DNA from: Gemmatimonadota bacterium
GTDB taxonomy: Bacteria; Gemmatimonadota; Gemmatimonadetes; Palauibacterales; Palauibacteraceae
Assembly: GCA_035267645.1 (NCBI GenBank)
Contig: DATFLN010000034.1
Span: forward strand, 100,505-164,504
DNA length: 64,000 nucleotides
Direction: 5' to 3'
Shown here: positions 62,320-64,000 of the stretch, piece after piece
How positions within the stretch are numbered: position 1 is the first letter of the stretch
How the letters are laid out: each line of letters begins with the position of its first letter
Notes under the pieces: generated by a model
What the model was told of the DNA's origin: nothing
Seen by the model: only the letters and a program-made list of their open reading frames with translations
Database searches by the model: none
Translations under genes and position numbers: made by a program

Positions 62320-64000
62320 TCAGCCCCCCTCCGGGAACGGCAGCTCGATCTCCTCCCCGTACAGCCACTTCCCGATCCAGGCCCAGTTGTGCCAGGTGGC
62401 CGCCAGGCGCTGCTTCGGGGTCGGCACGCCGTGGGAGTCGGCGTCGTACAGGACGAACTTCACCGGGACGCCCACGTCCTCGAGCCCCTGGTAGAGCTCG
62501 AACCCGTTGGGAGGCGGCACCCTCGGGTCGCCGTCGTCGTGCTGGATGAGGGTCGGGGTCGACGCCTGCCTTATGTACGTGATCGGCGAGGTCTTCGCGT
62601 ACACGTCCGGGAGGTCCCAGGGCGTCCCGCCCAGGTACGAGATCGTGAACGGGTGGATGTCCGTGTTCACGTAGTAGGTCATCCAGTCCGAGATCCCCGC
62701 GCCGACCGAGATGGCCCTGAAGCGGTGCGTGGTCGTGGTGAGGAACGCCGAGATGTAGCCGCCCTCGCTCCAGCCCATGGCCACCATGCTGTCGGGATCG
62801 GCGATGCCGCGGTCGACGAGGGCCTGCACGCCCGACATCACGTCCCACGCGTCGCCCACGCCCAGGTTCCCGACGTTGAGCTTCTCGAACGCCTGGCCGT
62901 AGCCGATCGACCCGCGGTAGTTGGGCATGAGGACCACGGCGCCGCGGGCCAGCCACTGGACCAGCGGGTACACGTAGCCGCCCGTCGCCTCGTCCAGGAC
63001 GGGCACGTCGATCCCGGTCGGTCCGCCGTGGATCCTGACCACCAGCGGCCGGGGGCGCGCCGAGTCCCAGCCCGGCGGCGTGATGAGGACGCCGTGGACG
63101 GTCGCGCCGTCCCGGCTCTTCCACGATACGTCACGGGGCGTCCCGAGCGGCCAGCCCTCCACCTGGGCGGTCATGTCGGTGAGCCTGCGCGCCTTCCAGG
63201 TGCGGCCGTCCGCCCGGTAGATCTCTCCGAGGTGGTCGGCCGAGTGGGCCACGAACGCCGCCACCTTCCCGTCCCTGGTGAAGTCCAGCGATTCGAGGAA
63301 GGCCGGAGGCCCCTCGACCTCGGTCATCTTCTTCGAGTCGGGGTCCATCCCGAAGAGCACCGGGCGGCCCTCCCGCCACCCCTGGACCACCAGCCCGTCC
63401 GGGAGCCACGCCACCGCGTCCGCGTTGTGGTCGTACGCCCCGGTGAGGAGCTCGGGCGCCCCGCCCGAGGCCCGGACCCGAGCGATCTCGTCGGTCGTGT
63501 AGTAGGCGGTGTCCCCGGCCCCGGTCGAGAAGGCGATCCAGCGGCCGTCGGGCGACCAGATCGGGCTCCCGTCCATGCCGGGCTGGTCCACCAGGGTGCG
63601 GACCGAGCCGCCGGCCACATCCACGACCGACAGGTCCCGGTGGGTGAAGGAGGGGACCCGGCCGTCGGGCTGGTGGCCGAAGGCGATCCGCGTCCCGTCG
63701 GGCGACCAGCGGAAGCCCTCGACCGTGTAGGTCGCGTCCGGCGTGAGGTCGCGGAAGGCGGAGGACTCGGCGGCCGCCGAGTCCGTGCCTCCTCCCGCCG
63801 GGTCCGCCGCGGCCGCCTCCGGGGCCTTCGCCCCGTTCCCGGTGTCCAGCGCCCGCGCCACGTCCAGCGTCCACAGGTGGACGGGCGGCGCGGTCTCGCT
63901 CTCCACGCGCCACGCGCCGTAGTCCTTCTTCCGGGCCTTCATGGCGGCGCTCTCGGCCTCCTGGATCGAGACCGCCAGGCTCGAGCCGTCGGGGCTCCAG
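62320..64000 (-). CDS. S9 family serine peptidase, N-terminus beyond the right window edge
   Basis: Blocks WSPDG repeats, VRIHGGP, the nucleophile elbow GWSEGGY, and C-terminal DDGDPRVP. The reading frame stays open upstream of the track's Met at 63942 through position 64000 (WSPDGSSLAVSIQEAESAA-MKARKK). Confidence 0.88.
   Translation of the reverse strand, partial: WSPDGSSLAVSIQEAESAAMKARKKDYGAWRVESETAPPVHLWTLDVARALDTGNGAKAPEAAAADPAGGGTDSAAAESSAFRDLTPDATYTVEGFRWSPDGTRIAFGHQPDGRVPSFTHRDLSVVDVAGGSVRTLVDQPGMDGSPIWSPDGRWIAFSTGAGDTAYYTTDEIARVRASGGAPELLTGAYDHNADAVAWLPDGLVVQGWREGRPVLFGMDPDSKKMTEVEGPPAFLESLDFTRDGKVAAFVAHSADHLGEIYRADGRTWKARRLTDMTAQVEGWPLGTPRDVSWKSRDGATVHGVLITPPGWDSARPRPLVVRIHGGPTGIDVPVLDEATGGYVYPLVQWLARGAVVLMPNYRGSIGYGQAFEKLNVGNLGVGDAWDVMSGVQALVDRGIADPDSMVAMGWSEGGYISAFLTTTTHRFRAISVGAGISDWMTYYVNTDIHPFTISYLGGTPWDLPDVYAKTSPITYIRQASTPTLIQHDDGDPRVPPPNGFELYQGLEDVGVPVKFVLYDADSHGVPTPKQRLAATWHNWAWIGKWLYGEEIELPFPEGG

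Overview
The window is a high-GC bacterial chromosomal segment, roughly 70% G+C by eye, and real genes have almost only G/C at third codon positions. I call about 47 protein-coding genes. I recognised no rRNA, tRNA, CRISPR array, transposase or integrase. Most long Arg/Pro/Gly-rich ORFs in the track are shadow frames of real genes, so I selected frames by protein-like sequence, recognisable motifs and third-position bias.

Gene content:
- Housekeeping genes: aconitase family, SixA, TrmFO, Maf, UvrD/PcrA helicase, MgtE, cyclophilin, Hsp20, and an AddB-like partial gene at the left edge.
- Transporters: APC, OPT, MFS, TauE and MscS.
- Signalling genes: a PAS-GGDEF-EAL protein and an NtrC-type sigma-54 activator.
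- An unusually high load of secreted or propeller-type hydrolases: four S9 peptidases, a tricorn-like protease, a TolB-propeller amidohydrolase, a penicillin-acylase-family protein, an M14 carboxypeptidase and an S1 protease with a PKD domain.

The phylum is only a guess (Gemmatimonadota or Acidobacteriota-like).

Main observations:
1. An 864-bp gene-free region (49061-49924) lies directly upstream of the sigma-54 activator gene. It holds three spaced 11-bp palindromes, an exact-consensus sigma-54 promoter, about 300 nt of structured non-coding sequence and a strong intrinsic terminator. I read this as a candidate sigma-54-dependent small RNA paired with its activator.
2. Two more sigma-54 promoters sit in front of hsp20 and of the S1 protease gene. 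The hsp20 one matches the same core exactly, and the protease one is near-consensus.
3. A roughly 2.4-kb low-GC islet (about 22.19-24.53 kb) encodes lipoproteins, a 70-aa Cys-rich membrane peptide, and an NHL-like propeller gene broken at a (GT)3 tract. On its left it abuts a decayed second copy of sixA.
4. There are several tandem repeats and palindromes in promoter regions.

Everything here comes from reading the sequence. No database search, folding or statistics program was run, and start codons are best guesses.
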